From contig JBGQDM010000005.1 of NCBI GenBank assembly GCA_041495845.1, positions 472 through 64,471 of the forward strand: DNA of 64,000 nt. The letters run 5' to 3'. Origin of the DNA: Terriglobia bacterium. Its GTDB lineage: Bacteria > Acidobacteriota > Terriglobia > Terriglobales > Acidobacteriaceae. Made by a program: the position numbers and the translations under genes. The first letter of the stretch is position 1; the number at the start of each line of letters is the position of its first letter. The notes beneath the pieces were generated by a model. That model was given only the letters and a program-made list of their open reading frames with translations. It was not told the DNA's origin and made no database searches. Positions 10,310-19,663 of the stretch are shown here, one piece after another.

Positions 10310-10915
10310 TCAGAGTTCTTCTAGAAAATCGTTGAGCATCCTGCGAAACAGAACTGCCATGGGCTTCCAGTCGCCCTGCATCGCCTGGGCACCCGCCGCT
10401 CCGTACGCGGGGTTGGGCCTGGGACGCAAGCGGACAAAAGGCGGCAGCCCATAACGCATTGCGAGGCTGTTGGCCCAAAGACGCGCAGTGCGGCCGTTCC
10501 CGTTGGCAAAGGGATGGATTCGCACCCACTCGGCATGCACCCAAGCAAAGAGATCGATGATGGCCGCCAGTTGGTCGGCATCAGGTTCCTGGCCGGTCGG
10601 CAGCAGCGCGTCCAACTCGGCGATCAAGGCCTGGAGTTTTGCTTCAAAGCGTGCTAGCTCCGCGGCTACATTTACCGATTCCACGCCATAATTCGCGCCG
10701 ACTCGTACTTGGAGTTTCTCAAGACCTGGTTCGCCGCGAAACGCGCCCACAAATCGCGGGTCGGGCACGTCCAAGCCATTCATAACGAGGGTTTGCCAAC
10801 GCCTTGCCGCTTCTAACGTTGGAGCCTCGCGCCGCTCCGAAGCCCGAACGATTTCCTCCAGGACGCGCGCGAGGTTCTGCCGCAACTGGGGACTGTCCTC
10901 GTCCCAGTTAGGCAC
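10310..10915 (-). CDS. Fic-family protein (putative toxin)
   Basis: Fic motif HPFANGNGRTAR, which is HxFx(D/E)GNGRxxR with Asn at the D/E position. Confidence 0.85.
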   Translation of the reverse strand: MPNWDEDSPQLRQNLARVLEEIVRASERREAPTLEAARRWQTLVMNGLDVPDPRFVGAFRGEPGLEKLQVRVGANYGVESVNVAAELARFEAKLQALIAELDALLPTGQEPDADQLAAIIDLFAWVHAEWVRIHPFANGNGRTARLWANSLAMRYGLPPFVRLRPRPNPAYGAAGAQAMQGDWKPMAVLFRRMLNDFLEEL

Positions 10916-11258
10916 CTAGAAGTTCTCGAATCTTGCTTTGCACGGGCCCTGCTGGCTTGAGTTGTCCCTCGACGAACTGGCCCTCCATCGGCTCGCCCTC
11001 AAGCGGGTCCTCAAGGCTCGCTTCGGCCTCCACGAACGCGGCGATCGCTCGCTGGAATCCAGGATCCTGCTTCCGATAGGCTCGGAGGGCTGCCAAGTTC
11101 GCTTCCAGGCTGCGTTCTTTTCGGCCCCGCCGGCTGAGGTAGCCCTTGATCGCCTCGTTCAGCAGCTGATTGATGGGGCGCCCTTCGACCTTACTGAGGT
11201 TCTTTAGGGCAGCACGCTCTTCAGCGTCTATTCTCAGCGTGAAAGGGATTCTAGCCAT
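10908..11258 (-). CDS. Ribbon-helix-helix (CopG/Arc-like) protein, putative Fic partner/antitoxin
   Basis: N-terminal FTLRIDAEERAALKNLSKVEGRPINQLLNEAIKGYL has the RHH pattern. There is an 8-nt overlap with the Fic start. Confidence 0.55.
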   Translation of the reverse strand: MARIPFTLRIDAEERAALKNLSKVEGRPINQLLNEAIKGYLSRRGRKERSLEANLAALRAYRKQDPGFQRAIAAFVEAEASLEDPLEGEPMEGQFVEGQLKPAGPVQSKIRELLGA

Positions 11259-11264
11259 GCCAGT

Positions 11265-11310
11265 AGGTTATGCCAGGCTTAGGTTGATGTCAATATGCGT
11301 TTTTGACATC
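11265..11310 (-). promoter_or_regulatory. Putative promoter/operator of the RHH-Fic pair
   Basis: Minus strand TTGACA (rc of 11288-11293), N17, TAACCT (rc of 11265-11270). The 8-bp inverted repeat gatgtcaa (11286-11293) / ttgacatc (11303-11310) overlaps the -35. Confidence 0.35.
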
Positions 11311-11469
11311 ATTATGGCCAAGCTAGGCCCGTACCGCGATTCCCAGCTAGAAATCAACGTAAACTATTGATGATATTGAGTGTTATCGCTGAAATCTTGG
11401 TGCAGCGCGGCTCCATCTCGGGCCGCGACCCTTCCTCTCCTGGTGGATGCTCCAGGATAATGTCGCCTC

Positions 11470-12417
11470 TTAGAACACGCACAGCAACTCGTACATCAGG
11501 TTTGCCGCCAGCAGGGAAGTGATCTCAGCGGAGTCGTAGGGCGGCGAAACTTCGACCACATCTGCCCCCACAATCTTCTGCCCAGCCAACGCCCGCACCA
11601 AGTTCAAGATCTGAATGCTCGACAACCCACCCACCTGCGGCGTGCCGGTGCCCGGCGCAAACGCGGGATCCACCACATCAATATCGAGTGAGACATACAG
11701 CGGACGCCCGCGTAGTTTTCGCAACACCCGCTCCACCGGGCCCATCCCATCGCGATGAAACTCCTCGCTGGTGATGACGTGGAACCCATGCTCGCGGCCA
11801 AACGCAAAATCCTCGCGGCTGTAGACCTGTCCGCGCAGACCCACTTGCAACACTCCACCCGGTAGCAACAAGCCTTCCTCCACCGCGCGCCGCACCGGCG
11901 TCCCATGCGAGTGCGGGCTGCCGAAATATCCGCTCCAGGTGTCGTTGTGCGCGTCAAACTGCACCAGTCCCACCGGCCCAAACTTACCGTGAATGGCGCG
12001 CAAAATGGGCAACAGAATGGAATGATCGCCGCCCACACACAGCGTTCGCGCTCCGCTGTCGAGTACCTTCGCCAGTTGCTGCGTGATCCGCCCGAAGGTG
12101 TCTTCGAGCGACAGCGGGTTGATGGAAAGATCGCCGCAGTCCGCCACGCGCAACTTGTCAAACGGATTGACGTTCAACACCGGGTTCCACGGCCGGATCA
12201 TAGCCGACTGCTCGCGCACATGCCGCGGGCCATAGCGCGGCCCCGACCGCGTGGTGGTGCCGCCGTCATAGGGAATGCCGAGCAGGGCCACATCCAGGTT
12301 CTTGACCCGCGTCACGTGCGGCAGCCGCATGAAGGTCGCAATGCCCGAAAAGCGTGGGTAGATCAACGCATCCACCGGCTGCGGATGCGGCTTGGCGCGT
12401 TTCTTTTTCTTGATCAC
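11470..12417 (-). CDS. speB: Agmatinase / ureohydrolase family
   Basis: GGDHSILLPILRA, QFDAHNDTW and SLDIDVVDPAFAPGTGTP are arginase-family Mn-binding motifs. Confidence 0.8.
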   Translation of the reverse strand: MIKKKKRAKPHPQPVDALIYPRFSGIATFMRLPHVTRVKNLDVALLGIPYDGGTTTRSGPRYGPRHVREQSAMIRPWNPVLNVNPFDKLRVADCGDLSINPLSLEDTFGRITQQLAKVLDSGARTLCVGGDHSILLPILRAIHGKFGPVGLVQFDAHNDTWSGYFGSPHSHGTPVRRAVEEGLLLPGGVLQVGLRGQVYSREDFAFGREHGFHVITSEEFHRDGMGPVERVLRKLRGRPLYVSLDIDVVDPAFAPGTGTPQVGGLSSIQILNLVRALAGQKIVGADVVEVSPPYDSAEITSLLAANLMYELLCVF

Positions 12418-12564
12418 GGGCCGGGATTATAAACCACCCGCCAGGCTGCCTTTTCGCCCGCTCGCCCCCGGGAGACGCCCGCTCTGCATGGTAGTATCGA
12501 GGCAACCCAGGATGACACTGAACCACGTTGACATCATTTTCTATTCCCTGATGGCGAGAGTCTG

Positions 12565-13617
12565 ATGACCGCCCGCTCCCCTCAGCGCAAGCGTGTCCTC
12601 AGCGGCATGCGCCCCACCGGCAAGCTCCACCTCGGCAACTTTGTGGGTGCACTCGACAACTGGGTGCGCATGCAGGACCAGTACGATTGCTTCTTCTTCA
12701 TTGCCGACTGGCACGCGCTCACCACCGACTACGCCGATACCTCGAGCGTGAAGCAGAATTCCCTTGAGGTCGCCATGGACTGGCTCGCCGCCGGCCTTGA
12801 CCCGGAACGCTGCACCATGTTCATGCAATCGCACGTGCCCCAGCACGCCGAACTGCATCTGCTCTTTTCCATGGTCACGCCGCTGGGCTGGCTGGAACGC
12901 GTACCCTCCTACAAAGAGCAGCGCGAAAACATCAAAGACAAAGATCTCAGCACCTACGGATTTCTCGGCTATCCGTTGCTGCAGGCGGCGGACATCCTGA
13001 TCTACAAAGGGGATTTCGTGCCGGTGGGCGAAGACCAGGTGCCCCACGTGGAACTGACCCGGGAAGTGGCGCGCCGCTTCAACCTGTTTTACCCCAAACG
13101 CGGTCGCAAGACATTCGTTTTTCCTGAGCCGAAGCCGCTGCTCACTCTTGCCGCCAAGCTCCCCGGCACCGACGGCCGCAAGATGTCGAAGTCCTACGGC
13201 AATACCATCTTGCTCACCGACCCCGAGCTGGTGGTACGCCAGAAGCTGAAGACCATGGTGACCGATCCCGCCCGCGTGCGCCGCACCGATCGCGGCAACC
13301 CCGACATCTGCCCCGTCGGCGACCTGCACAAGATTTTCAGCGACCAGTCCACCCTAGCCAAAGTGAATGAAGGCTGCCGCTCCGCCGGCATCGGCTGTAT
13401 CGAATGTAAGGGCTGGGTTGCCGACGCCCTCGTCGAGGTGCTCACTCCCATGCAGCAGCGCCGCCAGAAATACGAGGACAAACCCCGGCTCGCCTGGGAT
13501 ATTCTGGAAGCAGGGTCGGCCCGCGCCCGCAAGGTCGCCGGGGCCACCATGGACGAGGCGCGGGAAGCCATGCATCTTTCGCCCGGCTTCGAGCCGCCAC
13601 GTCCGGAAAATTCGTAA
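12565..13617 (+). CDS. trpS: Tryptophan--tRNA ligase
   Basis: GMRPTGKLHLGNFVGAL (HIGH-type) and KMSKS motifs, at TrpRS size. Confidence 0.93.
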   Translation: MTARSPQRKRVLSGMRPTGKLHLGNFVGALDNWVRMQDQYDCFFFIADWHALTTDYADTSSVKQNSLEVAMDWLAAGLDPERCTMFMQSHVPQHAELHLLFSMVTPLGWLERVPSYKEQRENIKDKDLSTYGFLGYPLLQAADILIYKGDFVPVGEDQVPHVELTREVARRFNLFYPKRGRKTFVFPEPKPLLTLAAKLPGTDGRKMSKSYGNTILLTDPELVVRQKLKTMVTDPARVRRTDRGNPDICPVGDLHKIFSDQSTLAKVNEGCRSAGIGCIECKGWVADALVEVLTPMQQRRQKYEDKPRLAWDILEAGSARARKVAGATMDEAREAMHLSPGFEPPRPENS

Positions 13618-13623
13618 CCCGCT

Positions 13624-14487
13624 GTGCCGATGAACGTGCCGATGAACGTGCTGATGAGCGAACCGTTACAACCCGTTGTGGAAGCCGCGCCGCCGCAGAA
13701 ACCGAGGCCGGAGAGTGATTCTCCTTTCGCCGTTTCCGTTGGCGAGGTTTATGACGGCCCGCTCGATCTCCTGCTCGACCTCATCCGCAAGCAGGACATT
13801 GACATCTACGACATTCCCATCGCCCGCATCACGGCCCAGTACTTGGCCTACGTCGAAAAGATACGCGAGCTCGACGTCAATCTGGCCGCCGACTTCATCT
13901 ACATGGCCGCGGTGCTCATCCAGATCAAGTCGCGCCTGCTGCTGCCGCGCGACCCGCTGGCCGCTGCCGACGACCAGGAAGACCCGCGCAATGAGCTGGT
14001 CAACCGCCTGCTCGAGCACGAGAAGTTCAAGTCCGCCGCGCAAATGCTTTTGCAGAAACAGCAACTCGAAGACGCCGTCATCAGCAATCCGGTATTAAAA
14101 GAGTTTTTTCACGACGAAGGCACCGAACCGGAACTGGCAGCCGACATGATTGACCTGGTGCGCACCTTCCGCCAGGTGCTGGAGCGCGCCAAGTCACGGC
14201 CCATTCTGGAAGTGGACGAAGAGCAGGTCACCGTGGGGCAGATGGTGGATTACTTGCGCCGCCGGCTCGCTCTCGAAGATCGCCCCGTGCGCCTCAAACA
14301 ACTCCTGCGCAACGTGCCTTCGCAAAATGCGCTCGTCTGCCTGTTTCTGGCGCTGTTGGAACTCGTCCGCCTGCAGGCGATTCTGTTGCGCCAGGACCGA
14401 ACCTTTGGGGAAATTCTGATCAAGAAGCACAGCGCCTTCGACGCGGTCCTGGCCGAGCAGACTGCCGTGCGCGACGATTGGCGGTAA
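13624..14487 (+). CDS. scpA: Segregation and condensation protein A
   Basis: GPLDLLLDLIRKQDIDIYDIPIARITAQYLAYV is the typical ScpA N-terminus. scpB follows. Confidence 0.85.
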   Translation: MPMNVPMNVLMSEPLQPVVEAAPPQKPRPESDSPFAVSVGEVYDGPLDLLLDLIRKQDIDIYDIPIARITAQYLAYVEKIRELDVNLAADFIYMAAVLIQIKSRLLLPRDPLAAADDQEDPRNELVNRLLEHEKFKSAAQMLLQKQQLEDAVISNPVLKEFFHDEGTEPELAADMIDLVRTFRQVLERAKSRPILEVDEEQVTVGQMVDYLRRRLALEDRPVRLKQLLRNVPSQNALVCLFLALLELVRLQAILLRQDRTFGEILIKKHSAFDAVLAEQTAVRDDWR

Positions 14488-14534
14488 AGATTTTTCTGAA
14501 AGCTGACAGCTGAAAGCTAGAAGCAAAAAAAGCT

Positions 14535-15287
14535 ATGAGTCTTAAAGCTCAAATTGAAGCCATTATTTACGCTACGGAGACCCCCGTCACCGTGGAACAG
14601 ATCGCCCACCTGGTAAAGGATTCCGTGAACGCCGAGAACGGCGCCGCCGATGGATCTGCCGATGCGCCTGCCGACGCCACTGCCATCCGTGCTCGCGTGC
14701 GCTCCGTGCTCGACGAGCTGATCGTCGAATTTTCTTCTCCAGATCGCGGCATCGAAGTCCGCGCGGTGGCCGGCGGCTACCGCATGGCCACCAAAGCCGA
14801 GCACCACGACCTGATGCGCGGCTTTGCCAAAAGCCTCAAGCCTCCCATTCGCCTCTCGCTGCCCGCCCTCGAGACCCTGGCCGTCATCGCCTACAAACAG
14901 CCGGCCACAGTCCCCGAGATCAGCGAAATTCGCGGCGTCGATTCCGGCGGCGTCATCGCCACCCTGCTTGACCGCAAACTCATTACTACCGCTGGCCGCA
15001 AGCAGGTGATTGGCCGCCCCATCCTCTACAAAACCACCAAAGAATTTCTAATGCGCTTCGGCCTCAACGAAGTCAGCGAACTGCCCAGCATGGAGGAATT
15101 CGAGAAGCTCGTCGCGCAATCCTTTCAGGACGAAATGTTTGTCGCGGATGCAGCCACTGCCACAATGCCCGGCAACTCCGCCGCAGCTGCGGAAGAAGCT
15201 GCGGAAGATGCTGCGGAAGAAGAAGATGCCATTCCCGAAGAACTCGCAGAAGAATCCGCGCCAGCTCCTGACGCTGTGAAGTCCTGA
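14535..15287 (+). CDS. scpB: Segregation and condensation protein B
   Basis: IEAIIYATETPVTVEQIA..., LSLPALETLAVIAYKQP.T..EI..IRGV and GRPILYKTT.EFL patterns. Confidence 0.85.
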   Translation: MSLKAQIEAIIYATETPVTVEQIAHLVKDSVNAENGAADGSADAPADATAIRARVRSVLDELIVEFSSPDRGIEVRAVAGGYRMATKAEHHDLMRGFAKSLKPPIRLSLPALETLAVIAYKQPATVPEISEIRGVDSGGVIATLLDRKLITTAGRKQVIGRPILYKTTKEFLMRFGLNEVSELPSMEEFEKLVAQSFQDEMFVADAATATMPGNSAAAAEEAAEDAAEEEDAIPEELAEESAPAPDAVKS

Positions 15288-16027
15288 TGCCCGCCGAGCG
15301 CCTGCAAAAAATTCTCTCGGCAGCCGGCATCGCCTCCCGCCGCAAAGCCGAACAGCTCATTGCCGCCGGCATGGTCCAGGTCAATGGACAGACCGTAACT
15401 GCGCTCGGCACCAAGGCCGACCCGGCTACCGATCACATCCGCGTGCAGGGCAAGCTGCTGCGTTCCGCCGAACGCTACGTCTATTTCCTGCTCAACAAAC
15501 CGCGCGGCTATGTCACCACGGTCAGCGACCCCGAAGGCCGGCCCACCGTGATGCAACTCCTGCCCGGCGTCCGCGAGCGCGTCTATCCCGTTGGCCGCCT
15601 CGACTATGCCAGCGAAGGCTTGCTGCTCATGACCAACGACGGCGCACTGGCCAACGCGCTGACCCGCGCTGCCTCCCACGTGCAGAAGACCTACGTCGCC
15701 AAAGTCAGCGGCCAGCCCGATGAAGCAGCGCTCGCCAAGCTCCGTGCCGGCATCGCTCTGCCCGATCGCAAGCAGCGCCCCACGCGCACTGCGCCCGCTG
15801 GCATTCGCGTGGTCAAGGTTGCGGCCAATCCCTGGTATGAAGTGACGCTGATCGAAGGTCGCAACCGCCAGGTGCGCCGCATGTTCGAAGCCGCCGGTCA
15901 TCGCGTGGAAAAACTGCGCCGCGTCCGCTACGGCCCGCTCACTCTCGACGTCCCCCCCGGCGAATTTCGCAAGCTGCGCCGCGAAGAAGTCGCACAACTC
16001 AAAGCCGCCGCGTCGGCCAAGCCCTGA
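15287..16027 (+). CDS. rluB: RsuA/RluB-family pseudouridine synthase with S4 domain
   Basis: RLQKILSAAGIASRRKAEQLI (S4 domain). VGRLDYASEGLLLMTNDG contains the catalytic Asp motif. Confidence 0.85.
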   Translation: MPAERLQKILSAAGIASRRKAEQLIAAGMVQVNGQTVTALGTKADPATDHIRVQGKLLRSAERYVYFLLNKPRGYVTTVSDPEGRPTVMQLLPGVRERVYPVGRLDYASEGLLLMTNDGALANALTRAASHVQKTYVAKVSGQPDEAALAKLRAGIALPDRKQRPTRTAPAGIRVVKVAANPWYEVTLIEGRNRQVRRMFEAAGHRVEKLRRVRYGPLTLDVPPGEFRKLRREEVAQLKAAASAKP

Positions 16028-16080
16028 TTGCCCTCGCGTGACACCATTCCGCCCTCGTGCCATGATGGAAGTGTTCCGCA

Positions 16081-17193
16081 ATGAGTGATCTCGAACAATT
16101 GGTACCGGCGCATGTCCGTGCTCTCGCCGAATATCCGCCGGGCAAGCCGCTCAAACAGGCCGAGCGGGAGAGCGGCCTACCCTGCATCAAGCTTGCGTCC
16201 AATGAGAATCCCTTTGGCCCGTCTCCGCTCGCCCGCGCGGCCATGCAGGAAGCGCTTCTCGAAGCCAATTTCTATCCCGATGACTACGCCGGCGAACTAC
16301 GCTTCATGCTCGCCGAGCGCCACCGCATTCACGCCGATCAAATTCTCGTCACCGCCGGCTCGACTTCATTCCTCACCATCCTCGCTCACACCGTGCTCTC
16401 GCCCGGCTTGAACGCCGTCACCAGCGCGCTTTCGTTTATTCAATACCCGATCGTCACCCGGGCCGCGGGCGGCACCCTCATTGAAACGCCGCTGCGCAAC
16501 CACGGCTTTGATCTCGAGGCCATCCTCGCGGCCATCAATCCGCAAACGCGCGTCGTCTACCTGGCCAACCCCAACAATCCCACCGGCACGCTCTTCGACG
16601 CGGCCACGCTCGACCGCTTTCTCGATCGCGTTCCGTCACACGTGCTGGTGGTGATTGATGAAGCCTATTACGAATTCGCGCAATATTTCGCTAGCCACCG
16701 CGGGGTCAACTATTCCCATTCGCTCGACTACATCCGTCAGGGCCGTCGCGCCGTAGTGCTGCGCACTTTCTCCAAAGCGCAGGGGCTTGCCGGCATGCGC
16801 ATTGGCTACGGCATGGGCCCGGCAGAGTTGATCTCTTATTTCGCGCGTCTGCGCACCACGTTCTCCGTCTCCGCCGCCGCCCAGGCCGGTGCCGCCGCTG
16901 CTCTGCGCGACGAGGCCCACGTCCTGCGCGCCGTCGAGAACAACGCCCGCGAAGCCCCCAAGCTCGAAGCTGCTCTCGCCGCTCTCGGCTGCCGGATTGT
17001 GCCCACCTGGGGGAATTTTGTCTTCTGCGAACTTGGCGAAGACGCCTCCGCCATGGCCCGCCGTCTGCAAGACCGCGGCGTAATTATCCGCTCGCTAAAA
17101 CCCTGGGGCGCACCCACCGCCATCCGCGTCACCATCGGCACGCCAGAACAAAACGAGAAGTTTCTGGCCGCCTTCCGCCAGGAGAGAAAGTAA
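16081..17193 (+). CDS. hisC: Histidinol-phosphate aminotransferase
   Basis: KLASNENPFGPSP, NPNNPTG and FSKAQGLAGMRIGY (PLP lysine) motifs. Confidence 0.85.
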   Translation: MSDLEQLVPAHVRALAEYPPGKPLKQAERESGLPCIKLASNENPFGPSPLARAAMQEALLEANFYPDDYAGELRFMLAERHRIHADQILVTAGSTSFLTILAHTVLSPGLNAVTSALSFIQYPIVTRAAGGTLIETPLRNHGFDLEAILAAINPQTRVVYLANPNNPTGTLFDAATLDRFLDRVPSHVLVVIDEAYYEFAQYFASHRGVNYSHSLDYIRQGRRAVVLRTFSKAQGLAGMRIGYGMGPAELISYFARLRTTFSVSAAAQAGAAAALRDEAHVLRAVENNAREAPKLEAALAALGCRIVPTWGNFVFCELGEDASAMARRLQDRGVIIRSLKPWGAPTAIRVTIGTPEQNEKFLAAFRQERK

Positions 17194-17204
17194 GAACAAT
17201 TGCG

Positions 17205-17420
17205 GAAGTTAGATTGCAGATTGCGGAAGTGACACCGCAAAAGCAGCGCATCTTGTCATTCTGAGCGAAGCGAAGAATCCCTGTCGTCTCGCTTGTTGTG
17301 TGGTTGTAAGGATGCTTCGCTACGCCCAGCCTCACACCGTGTTCTGGCCTCACTTCTGCAATCTGCAATCTGACTTCTGCAATCCTTCAATTCGACAATC
17401 CGACAATTCGACAATGGGGG
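17205..17420. repeat. Composite intergenic repeat: low-complexity inverted arms around a gtcattctgagcgaagcgaagaatcc core
   Basis: gattgcagattgcggaagtga (about 17210-17232) matches the reverse complement of tcacttctgcaatctgcaatc (about 17350-17370) with 1 mismatch. The core at 17255-17280 belongs to the gtcatcctgagcg family. Confidence 0.6.
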
Positions 17421-17424
17421 TACT

Positions 17425-18243
17425 TCACTTCTGGCACTTCGGACAGTAATGGCTGCTTCTCCCCCCGATCACCACCCGTTGAATCGCCGTCTTGCACCGA
17501 CGGCACGGCTGCCCTTCGCGCCCATAAACCCAGTGCCGAATCTGGAAGAAACCTTCCTCGCCGTCCGCCCCCACGTAATCGGAGACTGACGACCCGCCCA
17601 TCTCGATGGCGTCGCGCAACACCCGCTGCAACGCCCGATACAGCAGTCGCAACTCCGCCCGCGTCAATGACGCTGCCCGCCGCCGTGGCCGCACCCGCGC
17701 CCGCGCCAGCGACTCATCCGCATAAATGTTGCCCACGCCCCGCAACAGTTTCTGGTTCAGCAGCGCACTCTTGATCGGTGTTTTCCGCCCACGAAAGAAC
17801 CCGGCAAACGTTTCCAGATCGACCTCCAGCGGCTCTGCTCCGCCCGGATCGAACCCCGCTTCTGTCCGCACGCTCAGCTTGCCGAACATTCGTGCATCGA
17901 CAAAACGCACCTCGCGCCCGGAAGCCAGCTTCACCACGGCATGCGTGTGTTTCGCCGTTTCCGTTTGCGCGTCGCAGACCAGCATCCGCCCCGTCATCCC
18001 CAGATGGACGATCCACTGCGCCCGCCCGCCGCCTCCGCCCGTCGGCTCCAGATCAAACACAATATGTTTTCCCATGCGCCGCACCTGCGCAATCCGGCGA
18101 CGCTCGAGTGTTTTCGCCATCAGTTCCGGCGGCGATTTCATCGGCTGTGGGCGCGACCCCAGCCATACCGACTCGATGACGTCTCCCGTAACTCGCTGCG
18201 CCAGCCCGCGCGCCACCGTTTCCACTTCAGGAAGCTCCGGCAT
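17425..18243 (-). CDS. mutM: Formamidopyrimidine-DNA glycosylase
   Basis: MPELPEVETV N-terminus and a C-terminal zinc finger (CRRCKT...HYCPKCQ). Confidence 0.92.
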   Translation of the reverse strand: MPELPEVETVARGLAQRVTGDVIESVWLGSRPQPMKSPPELMAKTLERRRIAQVRRMGKHIVFDLEPTGGGGGRAQWIVHLGMTGRMLVCDAQTETAKHTHAVVKLASGREVRFVDARMFGKLSVRTEAGFDPGGAEPLEVDLETFAGFFRGRKTPIKSALLNQKLLRGVGNIYADESLARARVRPRRRAASLTRAELRLLYRALQRVLRDAIEMGGSSVSDYVGADGEEGFFQIRHWVYGREGQPCRRCKTAIQRVVIGGRSSHYCPKCQK

Positions 18244-18490
18244 GGAACCTAGTCTACAGTCGCCTTCCCCGTGCCTGCGACTGGAGGTCTGCGGGCCGGT
18301 AGCGTCCTAAGAATGCGCTGAGATGGCGGCGGCCTCGGAGACCACGTGTGGGGAATAAACGAGCTTGTGGGATAGTTACGAAAGGCGTAGTATTCTGCTG
18401 GCTGAAAGCACCCAATGGCAGTCGGTGTACCTTCGACATCTGTTCGCGGGCGGACTTTAGGATCACTCTGATTCTACAGGAGTGTCTCTG

Positions 18491-19453
18491 ATGCCGCCCA
18501 CAGATGTTTGCGAGCCCTTGGAAATCGGCGATGCATTTCCTTCCCCCACTTTAAGGCCGATGTTGCTGGAGATGCCCGGTATGGCACCAAAAGAACCGCA
18601 GATTGTTCTCACGGGAATGTGGGGTTTCATATCGAGGAGTTTGGGAATTCCGGCTTGGGGACAAATCCTCTGCCTTGCAACCCTCGCTCTTGCCGGCGGG
18701 GCATTGCACATTGAAATGACCCTCGCCTCAATTAACACTAAACTTGACTTGATGCCCGCAATGCTTGGCAGGCAGCTCATTTCTGATGCATCCAGGTATG
18801 CGGGAAGAGACGAAACAGCCGCACTCAAGGCTACGGACAATGCAATTGCGCTTATCAGGCTCGCATCCAATAGTCGCTTAAAGGTTCCCACCGATTACTT
18901 TTCTGAGACGAGTTCTGCAATTGGCTCACTTGCTGCCGCAAGTAGTGGAACAGGTCAACTTTGGGATACCGCGATTTCAGCCCGTCTAGTCTTGGCAGAA
19001 TATCGTTCCAAGATTGCTCCCATACCTACAGATTTTGGCAAAACAGCAGCTACGCATGAGCCTTTGCGAGTCTCCGAAAGCGGTACGGTGGATAGCCGGA
19101 CATGGCCAGCGGCGACACTCGTGTCCGAGATGCCGCCTGGAACAGATTTCCTGATTACAATTGACCCAATCGAGAAGCGCCTACTTTCCGATAATCGCTT
19201 TATTGACACGATCGCATTCAAGAACGGAGAACAAACTTTAGATGGGTTCCATTGGCGTAACGTGGTATTTGTCAACACGCACATCAAGTATTATGGGGGC
19301 GAAGTAGAACTTGCAAATGTGCGCTTCGTTCAATGCACCTTTCAAATTGTCAGAGACTCCCACGGCAGTCAGATGGCGAATTATGTAGCGGTGCTGCCAA
19401 GCGAGCCTGTAGTCGTCGGAACCAGACAGACCAAACCCGCTGCGGGACTCTAA
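18491..19453 (+). CDS. Hypothetical membrane-anchored protein (lower-GC orphan)
   Basis: Long ORF with one predicted TM helix (ILCLATLALAGGALHI) and no recognisable motif. About 50% GC by eye, against more than 60% in the neighbours. Confidence 0.4.
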   Translation: MPPTDVCEPLEIGDAFPSPTLRPMLLEMPGMAPKEPQIVLTGMWGFISRSLGIPAWGQILCLATLALAGGALHIEMTLASINTKLDLMPAMLGRQLISDASRYAGRDETAALKATDNAIALIRLASNSRLKVPTDYFSETSSAIGSLAAASSGTGQLWDTAISARLVLAEYRSKIAPIPTDFGKTAATHEPLRVSESGTVDSRTWPAATLVSEMPPGTDFLITIDPIEKRLLSDNRFIDTIAFKNGEQTLDGFHWRNVVFVNTHIKYYGGEVELANVRFVQCTFQIVRDSHGSQMANYVAVLPSEPVVVGTRQTKPAAGL

Positions 19454-19663
19454 AAGCTTACCCCTCAACGCACTATTAGGACACCACCCCGCGGGCCGGG
19501 GCATTGCCCCTCCACAGCCCTCCACGTTATGATGTCTTGTACGCACTACGTTCCCGCAAAACTCCAAGTCTTTCGCCTGTGTTTCGGCTGGCGGGTGAAA
19601 AGTGTGTGCATGTCTGTCCCAGCGGTCCCCGACCGCTATGATTCCTGATCCGGAGTTGCAATT

